Below, piece by piece: positions 12,513 to 24,140 of a stretch of DNA of 64,000 nt; position 1 is the first letter of the stretch; the number at the start of each line of letters is the position of its first letter. Source of the DNA: Octopus bimaculoides. Its lineage: Eukaryota. A program made the position numbers and the translations under genes. The notes under the pieces are model-generated. The model saw only the letters and a program-made list of their open reading frames with translations, ran no database searches and was not told the origin of the DNA. The DNA lies in contig NC_068986.1 of assembly GCF_001194135.2 (NCBI RefSeq), forward strand, positions 7,917,020 through 7,981,019, written 5' to 3'.

Positions 12513-13103
12513 TATTTGTGTGTACGCGTGTGTATATGCATGTGGATGTATACACTATTAGGATTCTTATCCAGATTACTATATCTTGTCGGTAATATAA
12601 CCCAATTAACTTTACTGCAAACACGTATCAGACACACGAACACACACACTTGTGCATAAAAACACACACATACACACATACACACACACATATATATGTA
12701 CATACATAGATAAATATATTATATGTACATATATTTCAGACATATGCCTGCTGCAAGTTTGGCTGATTTTCTTCCATGTTCCCTCAGATAACCGTTTTGC
12801 TCTGATTTTACTTTAAAAAATTATTCATGGCTAATTATGCATATAATTATGTCAAAAAAGCACAACAAAAGCTAAGCCTCTCTGGTGCGTTTGTTCAAAA
12901 GTGATTTTCAACGTGGCTGTAGGTGTGGGCATATTTAGAGAAAAAGGGACAGCATATATGCATCTCCTTTTGGTCTTCTGATATCTGACTTTCCATGGAA
13001 GGCTTTTGAAAGTGGAATGCAAGGAAAAGTATTGGGAGATCCTTCGTGTGACTATTATACAAAACTTTAATGAACTGTAGTTTATGTTTAACGATGGCGA
13101 TCA

Positions 13104-13200
13104 CCTCCACAACCACAACCAACATTGCCAACACCACCACTGCCAACACCACCACAAACACCACCAACAACAACACCACCACAACACCATCAACACCACT
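13104..13200. repeat. Degenerate (CAC/CAA)n trinucleotide repeat
   Basis: Read directly; explains the His/Gln-rich and Val/Leu-rich ORFs at this position. Confidence 0.9.
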
Positions 13201-13749
13201 AGTATGAGATGTTTTCAGTTATCATCACTCATGTTCAAGAAGGAAAGGTTGTTTTGTGATGTTAGGAAATCTCTTTTTGCAGCTGTGCTTTGAAAACTTA
13301 CAGAAAACAAATACAGAAAAAGAGGTTTATTACTTTTTGGATATCTTGTTTAAAAGATGCAGAAGATTACAATCGTTTGAATTCCACAAATTGCCAAAGG
13401 AGATATAAATTCTATGATTTGGTTTTGAAATGATTGACAATAAACAGTTTACTTATTATATTCATATATATGCGCGTTTCATCATCTCAATTCGTTTGTA
13501 TTTTAAAGATTTTGACAATAGATTTCAACTGAAAAAAGATTGTTGCTAATTAATTCTGCCATTACTGAAAATAAAATTTCTTTATAAGTAAAATGAAAAG
13601 TAGTCTGCAGTTTGATAAAAAAAAGTTATTTATGATTGTAAACCCCTTTTGTATAATATCAGACAACGACACCCGCATCAGTGTCCTTAAATGCATAAGC
13701 AATCACAGCTGGAAAATATATGGAGAAGAAAGTTGGCCATTTGATTAAT

Positions 13750-14245
13750 ACCGTTGTCCAATGAGAGAGGCCGAGACAGAGCATAATTTGAATTGAGGAA
13801 AGCCTTCAAACCAGTGTGCTGTTGGACAAATTATATCAACAAGGTGAGGTGCCCACCCTAACTTTACCATGATTTTCCTCAGTGTATTTCTATTCGCTGT
13901 GTCAAAGTCTTTCGTTAAATGGACGAGAACTTGGTAAAATAGAAGTCTCTATTCTATGGACTTACGTTGAATATTCTAACATGAGATCATATCTATGGAG
14001 GCTCTGCCAGACCTAAATCCATTTTGAGATTCTGTAATAATGATAATGATAGATAATATACATGTCTACCGCAGATTCAATAAAATCTTACCTCCAGTTA
14101 CACGAAAGGAAGTGCCATATAAGTTATCGTAGCTAGACTTGGTGCTTTTTTCCTTTGTAAAGTGAAATCAATGTTGCATCTTCGAAATCTTGTAGAACTG
14201 GCAGACCATTCCAGATATTGACAGTTAGAGTCATCACAAGATCAG
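13750..14245 (-). mobile_element. RTE-clade LINE reverse transcriptase relic
   Basis: Minus strand gives NIWNGLPVLQDFEDATLISLYKGKSTKSSYDNLYGTSFRVTGGKILLNL...ESQNGFRSGRASIDMI...VHLTKDFDTANRNTLRKIMVKLG, matching RTE motifs VPQDFKDA.I..LYK, PESQCGFR.GR and DLTKAFDTVNR. Confidence 0.85.
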
Positions 14246-14454
14246 TCACCTTACTTAATTTCCGCAGAAGGTTATACCATCAATTGCTGGGATGTAGGCT
14301 CCTAAACTGTATTGGGTGCTACATACTCTTCCTAGCAGCGCCCCCCCCCACCCAATATCTCGACGCCCGGAGCAATTGCCTCTTCCACATTCCATAAATC
14401 CGGCTTTGCTAGCATTTCTTCTTCAGAGTCAGCCTATGAATATATACCAACCCA

Positions 14455-14547
14455 CTCTCGTATAGTAGAAGACATGTGCCTAGAGTAACTCGCAGTGGGA
14501 TCGATTGGAAAGCGAGTTCTTTCACCACAATGCAACGCCTGCGCCTA
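14455..14547 (-). mobile_element. SINE family A, 5' tRNA-like head (degenerate)
   Basis: tatagtagaagacatgtgcctagagtaactcgcagtgggatcgattggaaagcgagttctttcaccac...cgcctgcgcc. Confidence 0.6.
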
Positions 14548-15193
14548 CAAAGGAGGAATTTTAGAAACTTGTTGATAGTGTAACCGCCAATCCGAGAATA
14601 ATACCCTTGTGATTAGGAAGGTGTTCTACATTCTATTTCTGCCAGTTTCCATGTAAAATATTGGCACCGACTCTATCAGCTGCATATGCAAAGAGAAATA
14701 CGCCATCTACTTTCCTGTGTATCATAGCAATAAAGCTTCCTCTGTGAAACTGTTTATTTATAATGCTTACAATATTGAACGGTTCGAATCCTTTCATATA
14801 TTTCGATATTGATACATCAGGATCAATTTAATTGTGAAAAGTATTCTACAATACATAATAGCTTATAAATCTTTAACTAGAGTTTCCCAGTGTATCGTAG
14901 TGCAGAGAAAGACTGAGTTAAAACCAATACTGACCGCATTACTAACCCCATTGGTGATGTGAACTTCGGATATTTGACAGAACTGCTATTAAACTTTATT
15001 AATTCAAATTTTTCTTGATGTCTTCCGTACATAATTTGTCAGTTCCATTCCGTGAATATTATTGAAACGCTAATATTTTGTAAAACTATAGTTTACTATA
15101 TTTAATCTCACTATACACTTGACAATTTAAATTTGTTATCCCTCAACTTACAGGAAATTTTACTGACAATCTCGAATTTTTGACTTGTGACAT

Positions 15194-15421
15194 AATAGAA
15201 ATTTTATGTATGTATTGATATTGATGAAATTTCAGCGGACATGTTTGAAAATGACAATTAAATCATTTAAAGAAAATTAATGATCGTTAAGAGACAATCT
15301 TGTAGTATTGACTTCTGAAATTAAATAGAATTTTATGTATGCGTTGATAGCGGTGAAATTTCAACAGAGGTGTTTGAAAATGACAATTAAATCATTTAAA
15401 CAAAATTAATGATCGTTAAGA
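15194..15421. repeat. Two-copy tandem duplication, ~130-bp period
   Basis: aatagaa.ttttatgtatg...tgtttgaaaatgacaattaaatcatttaaa.aaaattaatgatcgttaaga occurs at 15194-15292 and 15324-15421. Confidence 0.9.
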
Positions 15422-16076
15422 CAAGATGTCAGAAAGAGTGAGTAATGGTTTCTAAATTTTAAATGTGATTTCAAATAATCGTTTATTCAACAGTTCATTA
15501 AGATTAATTGCGAGTGCCGAGAAATTCAATGAAATCACCTGGTATATCCTGCAACTAATATATAAAAATTAAACTGAATTCTCGTTCAACGTTTCCATGA
15601 AATTACTTCGAATATTTTCATTGAAGAATCTACTGGCCTTCTACCACCACACATAACTACTACCTATAAATGCTCCTACCACTACCACCACTGTCGCCAC
15701 CACCACCATTTCTATGGCTAGTAAGGCCGTTCATAAGGATGACACCATAATATGTGGGGACATGATAGAGCACTGGATATGTAAAACCAAATTTAGTAAA
15801 ATACAGTGTCGTTTAGTAATGTAGAGCTTTAGCAGTACTGAATTAACAGCGAAGCGTTATCAAATATTGTATTGAAATGTAAAGTGCGAGAAACAGGTTA
15901 ATAAGCCTTAGGATCGCTCTTACATTTTTGTCTCTTTTAATGTAAAACCAACGATTTTCATTTCTATAAATATATTAACTGTTTAAATTATTTCGTTAAA
16001 TGTATGTTATACTAAATTTTACCTGACAACGTAGCAGACGAAGCAAATAATTGACAGTAAATATTTGAGTGTTAAG

Positions 16077-16126
<50 letters not shown>

Positions 16127-16735
16127 ATGTATGTGCGTGTGTGTGTATGTGCGTGCATGTGTGTGTATGTGTGTGTGTGCGTGCGTGTATGTGTGTGTGT
16201 GTGCGTGTATGTGTGTGTGTGTGTGTGTGTGTCTGTCTGTCTGTGTGTGTGTGTGTGCGTGTGTGCTAACAGAATTTAGCTGTGAATAATCGTTGACAGA
16301 AAACGCAAGAAGGCCAGAAGGCTGATGTCATATTACTTTACCTAAACTATTGTTCCTACCAACAGAAGCCCTCTTACAGTTCTGTTGCTGATTTAAGTTG
16401 GTGTCTGGATTCCAGTTGTCAAATAGAGTCATTCTTCACAATGTTAGTTATTTATAAAGACATTGCTGTTATTCATTTCATTTAATCATGTTGTTACAAT
16501 GACAGAATTTTAATGAATGATTACAATGGTCACCTCGTCATTACACAACCATCATTGTAACGACGGCACCATTTCATGATCAAAAAGGAGATAGCATATA
16601 ACACCTCTCCAAAGACATACAAACATAAACATGCACTCTGTTTCACACATACACACAAATGCACACACATGTATGTATGTATGCTTATATATATACACGT
16701 GTGTGTGTGTGTGTGTGTGTATGCGTGTGTGTGTA

Positions 16736-16782
<47 letters not shown>

Positions 16783-16799
16783 TTCTGTATTTGTCTCTC

Positions 16800-17420
16800 T
16801 TCAATAGTCACAGAAGCATCTGACATTGTTTGAGGAAGATTCCGCTGGTTCCCTTGAATGTTTCTAAGCCAAGTTGAGTGCTGGCTGCATCACGCTGAAC
16901 CAAAGACAAAGAGGCAATCCGTGCAGTGGAAACACCCTTTCTCATCTGTTGCAAAGAAGAGCAAGGTCGTTTCAGCTGCAAGGAAGGTGATGGCCTCGAT
17001 TGTTTGGGATGCAAAAGGCATCGTGTTTATTGAATGCCTTCAAAAAGGCCGCACCATCAATGGAGAGTACTATGTCATCTTGCAGAGACAATTTCGAAAG
17101 GCTATCAAGACAAAACGCCCAGGGAAACCGACGAAAGGAGTCTTACTCCATCAGGACAATGCTCCAGCACGCAAATCCATTCTTAGCTTCAATAGTTTCT
17201 GTACGAGGCTGTGTCTTTGAACTAGTTGATTATCCTCGTTCTTCTCTTGATTTGGCCCAATCTGACTATCTCCAACATGAAAAGACCCTTGGGTAGGAAC
17301 CAGTACTGCAGTGATGATGACGTCATATCTGCTGTTGATAACTTTTTTAGCAACAGGATGAAAGCTTCTTACCAATGGGATCCAAGCACTACAACACTGA
17401 TGGAAGAAGCGTGACATTCC
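16800..17420 (+). pseudogene. Mariner (DD34D) transposase relic, catalytic domain
   Basis: WLHHAEPKTKRQSVQW, KVMASIVWDAKGIV, TINGEYY, VLLHQDNAPARKS, then after frameshifts VDYPRSSLDLAQSDY (HPPYSPDLAPSDY) and KTLG/RNQYCSDDDVISAVDNFF. Confidence 0.92.
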
Positions 17421-17499
17421 ATTTGGTTACATTCCATGAGAGTATCTTTGTCAGACTATGAACTATCTTCGTAGCTGCAGATCGACCAGTGCCTTTGAG

Positions 17500-17632
17500 T
17501 TTGATTTGCTGGGCGAAAACTGGACCAGACTTAAAAATAAGCACAGGGTTTGATGTGTTCGACTAAAACTTCTCAAGACACTGCCCCAGAATGTTTGCAG
17601 TCCAATGACTGAAATATGTGAAAATATATGAT
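17500..17632 (+). mobile_element. SINE family A 3' tail
   Basis: aataagcacagggtttgatgtgttcgactaaa...gccccagaatgtttgcagtccaatgactgaaa; same tail as 63961-64000 and the reverse complement of ~50630-50700. Confidence 0.65.
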
Positions 17633-17949
17633 AAAGATATCAAACCGTTCAGATAAACGAAACATATTCAATCAATAAGAGAGAATTTTACATATTTTTA
17701 TTCCCCGTTCACATATTTTGGAAAAGTTTTCTCTCACCGAGTAACAGAGAAATCTGAGTAATTTTATCACCTGCCAAAAATGATCTTGTAATTTATTTTC
17801 CAGTGGAATTGCTTAAAAACTACAAAAAACAAAAACAAATCATTTTGCGGAAAAATAAATCTACATGTTCTATTAAAAACTAAAACATCCAGTGTAGAGA
17901 ATATCAGATATTGTTAATAGTATTTATTTCAGAAGCAGAGATTGAATAC

Positions 17950-18810
17950 CACAACTAAAAATACAAGAAACAAAGAAATTAAAGCAACTCTTCGCAAACA
18001 ATTTGAAGAACAGTCAAATACCTTGAATGGATGTTCTATTGAAGAAACCTAGAATCGACGAAGGCAATTAATCTAGTAGACTGTGTGCAGTTCTCGTATT
18101 GCAGCAGAGGGCATTTAAGGAAACATCTCAAGATATTTTCCTCCATTTGAAAAAACGATCACACTCTAGTTCAAAGAGAAAGGTTTCACATTTTGTAATT
18201 CGGGATCTGCTGTTTGCGTCACTAATTGCTTAGAGTGAGTCGACTCCTGAAAGAAATGGTCAACAGATATTCCTTAACATTGCGAAAGGCTTTCACAAGA
18301 GATCGATACAAACAAGACAGTAATCCTATCTCAAGGAAACAGCCTCCTATTTATATAAATTTGGACAGATGCCCACTGATAAAAGTCGATCTTTCCCTAT
18401 TTGGTCTTTAGCTGGGGAAATAAATATTAAGATAGGAAAGTCAGCCTTAACATTTGAAGAATTTACCAAATGCGAATGGAAAAAAGCAAAATGATCGCTA
18501 TATGATAAAAATAAACTACCACCAGCGTCAAAGTGTCCCATTTAGTAGATCTATCAAGGATAATATCAAGATTGTCTGTAAATTACAATAGCCAAGTATA
18601 TGGAAGAGGCCATGTAAAAATATATGGAAAGCAATAAGATTTGAAAGGGTGTGCTCAACGAAAATAAAGAAGTGGAAGAACCAAGATTCATCTTAAAAGC
18701 AGATATCGTTGTAAGAACAGTCAAATTTCCGGCCTTATTGTGATCAAGACTCGTCAAAGTGTTGCTAATCACCGAAAAGTTTGGAGAACAATAATCAACC
18801 TTACTGTAAT
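17950..18810 (+). mobile_element. Highly decayed RTE-like LINE 3' region
   Basis: Near 18600-18800 the fragments GRGHVK / MESNKI*KGVL..EEPR and RQSVANHRKVWRTIINL resemble the W.GHV.RM..R.PK..L..GRP..A.DR..WR terminus. Confidence 0.4.
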
Positions 18811-19127
18811 TATTATGTAAGATGTTACAAAATCCAGAAACGAAATTATAGAGGGGAAGAGGAACAGAGAAACAGAAACAAACAAACAGTACTTCAGTGA
18901 TTTGTGGTTCTGTTGAAGGCTTTTGCTATCATCTATCAAGTAATTAACCATGAATGTAGTTGCGGAATTTAACCGTGAAAGTAGTTGCGAACGTTTTAAA
19001 GATATTGAAACAAAAAGCGAATGATATTTTCCTCAGAAATAGGAAAATCATCCAGTATAAGAATCCCATTAAAAAAAAACAAAAAAAAAACAAAAGAAAA
19101 CAAGAAAAAAAGCACAAAACCAAGCTA

Positions 19128-19350
19128 TACGAGGTTTGGCCAAAAAACAACTAATATTAAAAAAAAAAATCACCATTCTGATTTAGTCTCCTGGAAAGTA
19201 TTCGCCTTGGGAGTCTACACACTTCTACAAGCGTTCCTGCCACTGCTGGAAACATTTCTGGAAATCACTTTTTGGGATACTCTAGAGCTGTGCCGTCCAA
19301 TTTTGCTTAATGCCATCTTCTCCGTTTCAGTGGTTTTTGAGCTTTGGGGA
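19128..19350 (-). mobile_element. Mariner 3' end with TIR, truncated by a Penelope insertion
   Basis: Minus strand FPKLKN...IKQNWTAQL*SIPKSDFQKCFQQWQERL*KCVDSQGEYFPGD*; terminal tacgaggtttggccaaaaaa at 19128. Confidence 0.8.
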
Positions 19351-19361
19351 TAGCTAAAAGT

Positions 19362-19604
19362 TACAAAGCTTTGACACGAGGAGATATTGATAAATCGGGT
19401 ATAGCTGATCATGTATGGAAAAATGGAGACTACCTCCCCCTGTGAGATGAAGTTAAAATAATAGACAGAGAACACCACTGGAAAATACGAAAACTAAAAG
19501 AAACAGCACATATGCTAGGACACAACAACCTCCTAAGCAGACCGAGTGCAGATATGAGTAGAATATGGGAACCGATATTAAGGAAGGATAGAAAAAAATA
19601 TTAG
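19362..19604 (+). pseudogene. Penelope-like element GIY-YIG endonuclease C-terminal half
   Basis: YKALTRGDIDKSGIADHVWKNGDYLPL*DEVKIIDREHHWKIRKLKETAHMLGHNNLLSRPSADMSRIWEPILRKDRKKY*; one internal stop; fits the KS..A.H..,W..V.IIDRE..W..R..KE PLE pattern. Confidence 0.8.
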
Positions 19605-19641
19605 ATTTATAAGCCTTAAAATTTACTCCATAATTGCCCAC

Positions 19642-19890
19642 GGGCATATGGCGTAGTGGTTAAGAGCGCGGTTTACTAACCCCAAGATTCCGAGTTCGGT
19701 TCAAAGCAGTGACCTGAACAACAACAATAGTATTAATAATAATAACATTGAAAAATATCTTAAGAATTAGAACCCAGGTTCGAAATTTCCCCAAAAACCT
19801 GAAGAAGGTTGGAGGGTATATCAGTCGAAAAATTGTGTTAACAAGATGAGGACAAATATCCGTCGGTTGTGAATAAAGTAAATAAAAATC
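19642..19890 (+). mobile_element. tRNA-headed PLE terminal repeat with hammerhead-like motif
   Basis: A-box TGGCGTAGTGG (19649-19659), B-box-like GAGTTCGGTTC (19692-19702), AAC/AAT spacer, then CTGAAGA-A-GGTTG-gagggtatat-CAGTC-GAAA (19799-19830). Confidence 0.7.
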
Positions 19891-20624
19891 GAGCTGATCG
19901 ATTGTTTTGCCTTTAAAATTATTGGTTTAAATTGAAAATAACTATTTATGGTCATTAGAATAATAGCAATTTCATGTCTGTTTCTTGAATGAAACAAATA
20001 ACTCTTCGTTTTATTTATTTGACAAATATTTCACAAAGCAAATGTTGTGCTTATAATGACTCTCCAAAATTCCTAAAATATAGTTAATAAATTTCTCATT
20101 TATAAATGTACACAATAAACAAATAACAAAAGGCAAATTGAAGGATCTTACTGAAAGTTCTATTAACCTAATTGTAACTAATATTAATGTGGTTCGCACT
20201 TTCCACTTATTTTCCAAATCTTTTCTACTTCCCTTCAGAAGCCAGATATTTTCGTAACACAACTTTTAGTAAATATGCTATAATTACCTTCTTTCTCTGA
20301 GAATTTTACCTCAGTTCTCGGAATATCTATTATATATTGTAAACAAAATTGTTTGCTCATGCTTATAGAAAATTGGTCAGATTCTCCATCTCCATGTAAA
20401 CATAATTATGGACGCTGCTCTAATAATAACTTCAAACAGAATCTATATCTGCATCATAATCATTTTAAAAAGGAAACACTTACGAGCTATTAATGTTTTG
20501 AATAAATTATTGCTCTTATTTCTATTACATATTTCATATTACAGTTCTTTATTGGAAACATTATTTTAATAACATACTACACATCATGTGCTGTATAGTT
20601 CAGAACGCTTTCTTTATTCTTTAA

Positions 20625-20727
20625 TATTGGTTTCAAATTTAGGCACAGGGTATTTCAGGGGGAGGGGGATAAGTCGACTACACCGACCCCAGAGCTCAGC
20701 TGGTACTTACTGTATCGATCCCGAAAC
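20625..20727 (-). mobile_element. SINE family B, 3' part
   Basis: ggataagtcgactacaccgaccccagagctcagctggtacttactgtatcgatcccgaaa. Confidence 0.7.
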
Positions 20728-20744
20728 AAAATTGGTCACCGGTT

Positions 20745-21400
20745 AACGCTGAAGCCAAGCGGTAACAGTTTGATAGGAAGTCCTGAGAAGGACTTTAATG
20801 CTTTCTTCAATTGTTTAACAATCACGGGTAAAATAACCCTGAAAAGGGTTGTAATGCGTTCTCGGGTGGTGCAACAATCGTATGTAAAGTGGTCTTAAAA
20901 AGGACCTTTTTTTCTTTTAAACTGAAAGCAATGGAACTATTGCAGTGAAACTGTGAAACTGAAAGCAGTTGACAAACCTAGGTTGGACAAAGGAAAGGAA
21001 ATATGATTGAGGAAAATTAGTAACTTTGCAAGTAGACTACAGTAGCACTCTCCTACCACATATCAGGTCTGCAAGGCTGCACTGGTGTAGTGGAGGCACC
21101 GAGGTTCACGAATTTGAAAAGAGTTGGCGCATGAAGAGCGTACAACAACTTTCTGTGGACCACATTTTTCGTTTTACCATTAGGGACAAGTACAAATAGA
21201 TTTTGTTTGCTTCCAACTCTGGAGCATCTGACGTATAACTGGCCATAAGAGAAACATGGCTCACCTTCCTTCTTTGGCAGCCGAAATAGACTCTGTTTTA
21301 CGACCAAGGCGCGTTCTTTTCGTAGCGGTAGTATTAAACTATGCTTAAATTGTTTTTAAAAACCGGCAAAATGGAACACTGAAAAACGAATTTGACACGA
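20745..21400 (-). mobile_element. Helitron 3' relic (PIF1-like helicase C-terminus plus downstream sequence)
   Basis: ORF 21053..21307(-) contains QSL...GEPCFSYGQLYVRCSRVGSKQNLFVLVPNGKTKNVVHRKLL, matching the Helitron helicase motif VI end QGQSL...E.CFSHGQLYVACSRVG...L....GKTKNVVY..AL. Element boundaries uncertain. Confidence 0.8.
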
Positions 21401-22849
21401 TGTATAAAAAGTGAATCTTCTAAACGTATTATTCAAAAAAGGTGGAAGCAGAGACAGACAGCCAGACAGCTATGAGGACACAAAGACACTGAATACAATA
21501 TTTTTTAATGACAGGTAAGCTGAAATCTGGTAGGTGGCAACGGTATGAAAGAGATAACTTAATTGAATATGGGGACAACGAAGAAAAGTTGGTTTAGCTG
21601 GGCGAAGCTTTGAAGTCATTGCCAATAATATTCCTGTTAAAGAATAATAAATTTGTACTCTACAAAAGTATGGAATAAACTGAACATAAAAATAAACATT
21701 CATGTATATATATATATATTTGTATTTGTGTATAGTTTAGCACTAGTATAATCATTATACGAATTATGTCCACTTAGACCTTTATGAAAAGTATATTGAA
21801 CCGGTTATCAGGACATAGCTTGAAATAGTTTTCTTCGTTGAACTTTGATAACCATCATTTATGGTTTTCTGTTTCGACAGTGATAAATGTTTACCATGAA
21901 ATAACATAATATTTACAACATACTAATGGCATATCTAAAGGAAATAGATATCTACGTTACAAAAAGGTAACGTAATATTGGAAACTATAGACAGCAATGG
22001 CTCTCTCTTGACAACTGTGGCTCCATTGTAACTAACATCAAGATAGTGAGCGTTGCAACTACTTACTAAAATGTAAATATCCTATGTTATTCAAAAATAT
22101 GATTGCAATAACACGTAAGAAAGATACACATACAGCAAATAAGCAGAACATTTTCACAAAAGATATGCCAAGTATTAGAAACCTTGTTTACATATACACA
22201 CACATTTAAAGTATTCTTTTATATATACACACACAAACATATTTATACACATACAAATATATAAACATGCATATAGCGACAGTGTGCCCAAATATTCTAT
22301 TCGTTTCTCCTTTTTTTTTTTTTTGATGGACGATATCATGTGAAACATAGGCTGCGGTGTTGGGACTGTATATTAGATATTTCACTTCCAGTTTTATGAT
22401 TCACTTTGCATTGTTTTCCAAAGCATTCTATAATTGTACACATAATCACACAACTTGCAACCAACAGTCAAGGTTAGGCTAAATTAGAATGGATTGTTAG
22501 TCGGTGGCAACCAATAACAGGTGTTTATTCATTGACTGGAATTGAACAAAACAGAAATGTATCTGAATTGATATGGTGACTCAGTGTAAAGGATACTTGG
22601 TGTATAGAAATAGTGCCATTTTTCTGAATGCATCACAAGATAGTGATGGAGAATAATGTTCTCTCTCGCACGGCGATTCAAAACGAATTAACAACAGGAA
22701 CCATGATTGACTTGGTGCAGAAGTCAACTTCTCAATAATAAATAAGAATTGTCCTTAGATTTATTTCTATTAATTAATTTCCTCATTTATTGTATTCTAA
22801 TTTTATACACATAATTGAAAGTACCATCTAGAGATTTCATTACTTTTGT

Positions 22850-23480
22850 GCGCTCAGGTCAGCGAATCCGTTTCACGAAGAAGAAGAACAAGAAACTTCT
22901 TGTGAGAGATGAATAGTGGAACGGCTATTGGGAAGTGACTGCAGATTTACCTGGGTGCCAGGGATTCTTTCCCATCCCAGTTGCGAAAAAGCGGACACTG
23001 TGAAAGAAGTTGTGAAAGAACTAAAGTTGTAAATCTAGTCGAGTTAACGGTTCCTCATGAAGATAACATGGCCGCGCGGGCTCGAAAGATTGACCGTTAT
23101 ATAAACCTCCTCGAGGAATGTGAAGATGTAGGCTGGAAAGCGGAGCATTTTCCAATCGAAGTTGGATGTAGAGGGTTTGTAGGACACAGTATGAGACGAC
23201 TGCTGTTATCGTTAGGCCTAATTCATCGTAAGGTAAATACCACCATGACCGATATCCAAAATACAGTGGAGAAGGCTAGTCACTGGATTTGGTTAAAAAG
23301 AGACGATGAGCGATGGCTAGAAGAATATTGAGCTTTAATAACCAGTTGATCTAGCAAGCGGGGCCTCATATCAGTGAGGACATTGATGCCGTCGATAAGT
23401 AGGCCCCGAAACAGCGCGCATTCTCTCCTGATGACCCCATACACTTGCTGGCTTCCGGTATGCGGAGTTCTCGACTGGTA
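22850..23480 (+). mobile_element. HERO-like non-LTR retrotransposon 3' end (RLE domain plus 3' UTR)
   Basis: WEVTADLPG..FP.., then ORF 22981..23331 TKVVNLVELTVPHEDNMAARARKIDRYINLLEECEDVGWKAEHFPIEVGCRGFVG...VEKASHWIWLKR; ELTVP, P.EVGCRGF and AS.W.W.KR are characteristic of HERO-type RLE elements. Confidence 0.88.
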
Positions 23481-24028
23481 GCACTTGCATGTACGAGTTG
23501 TTTGCAAGACCTTAATATTTATTTTCATTTTATTTCACTAAATTTTATATTTCATATTTTCATCTTCTTACTGTCATGTTTATTTTGCTTCAATATATCT
23601 ATATTATTCCCATTTCATCTTTTTGCCTTTTTCTATTTATTTATTTCATCTTCAATTTATAGATACAAGCCTGATATTCCCCATGAAGCCTGCTGCAAGT
23701 GGTATATGGTTCCTCTTTTTTTTTTTTTTTTTTGACATCCTAATTATATACGTACCTCTATGAATTTTTTTTCAAAATTTACTGATTTTACTCGTTTATT
23801 TTCATATGATGCATGTTTCGATACAAATTTTTCTATATTCATTGTACTCATGTGTAACATGGAGCACATATGAAACAATCGCTTTTGTACTTTTATGTAC
23901 TCTTAGACACTATTAATATTCACTACATTGGCCATTCAAAGTTCACAACTTGTATGTCTTTTTTTATTTTTGGACCCAAAACCATCTTTTTAAAAATATT
24001 GCCAAATGAAAATCCTAATTGGTTCCGT

Positions 24029-24140
24029 ATTTCTCAATAACCCCTTTTGTTGTTTCTCAATAACCCCCTTTTGTTATTTCTCAATAACCCCATTTTGTTA
24101 TTTCTCAATCACCCCCTTTTGTTATTTCTCAATAACCCCG
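24029..24140. repeat. 24-bp minisatellite, ~4.5 copies (tttctcaataacccc.ttttgtta)
   Basis: Read directly; produces the FSITPFCY repeat in the ORF track. Confidence 0.92.

Noticed and set aside
19642-19715. Possible tRNA gene (also 31125, 40385, 63400)
   Set aside because: A/B boxes are present but the acceptor and T stems do not close, and each is joined to a repeat body; these are SINE-type heads.
21495-21520. AG|GTAAG recursive-splice-like sites (+21514; -29415)
   Set aside because: They lie on opposite strands, no host intron is defined, and such motifs are expected by chance in AT-rich DNA.
24029-24140. CRISPR-like short repeats
   Set aside because: Head-to-tail units with no spacers, in eukaryotic DNA with no cas genes.
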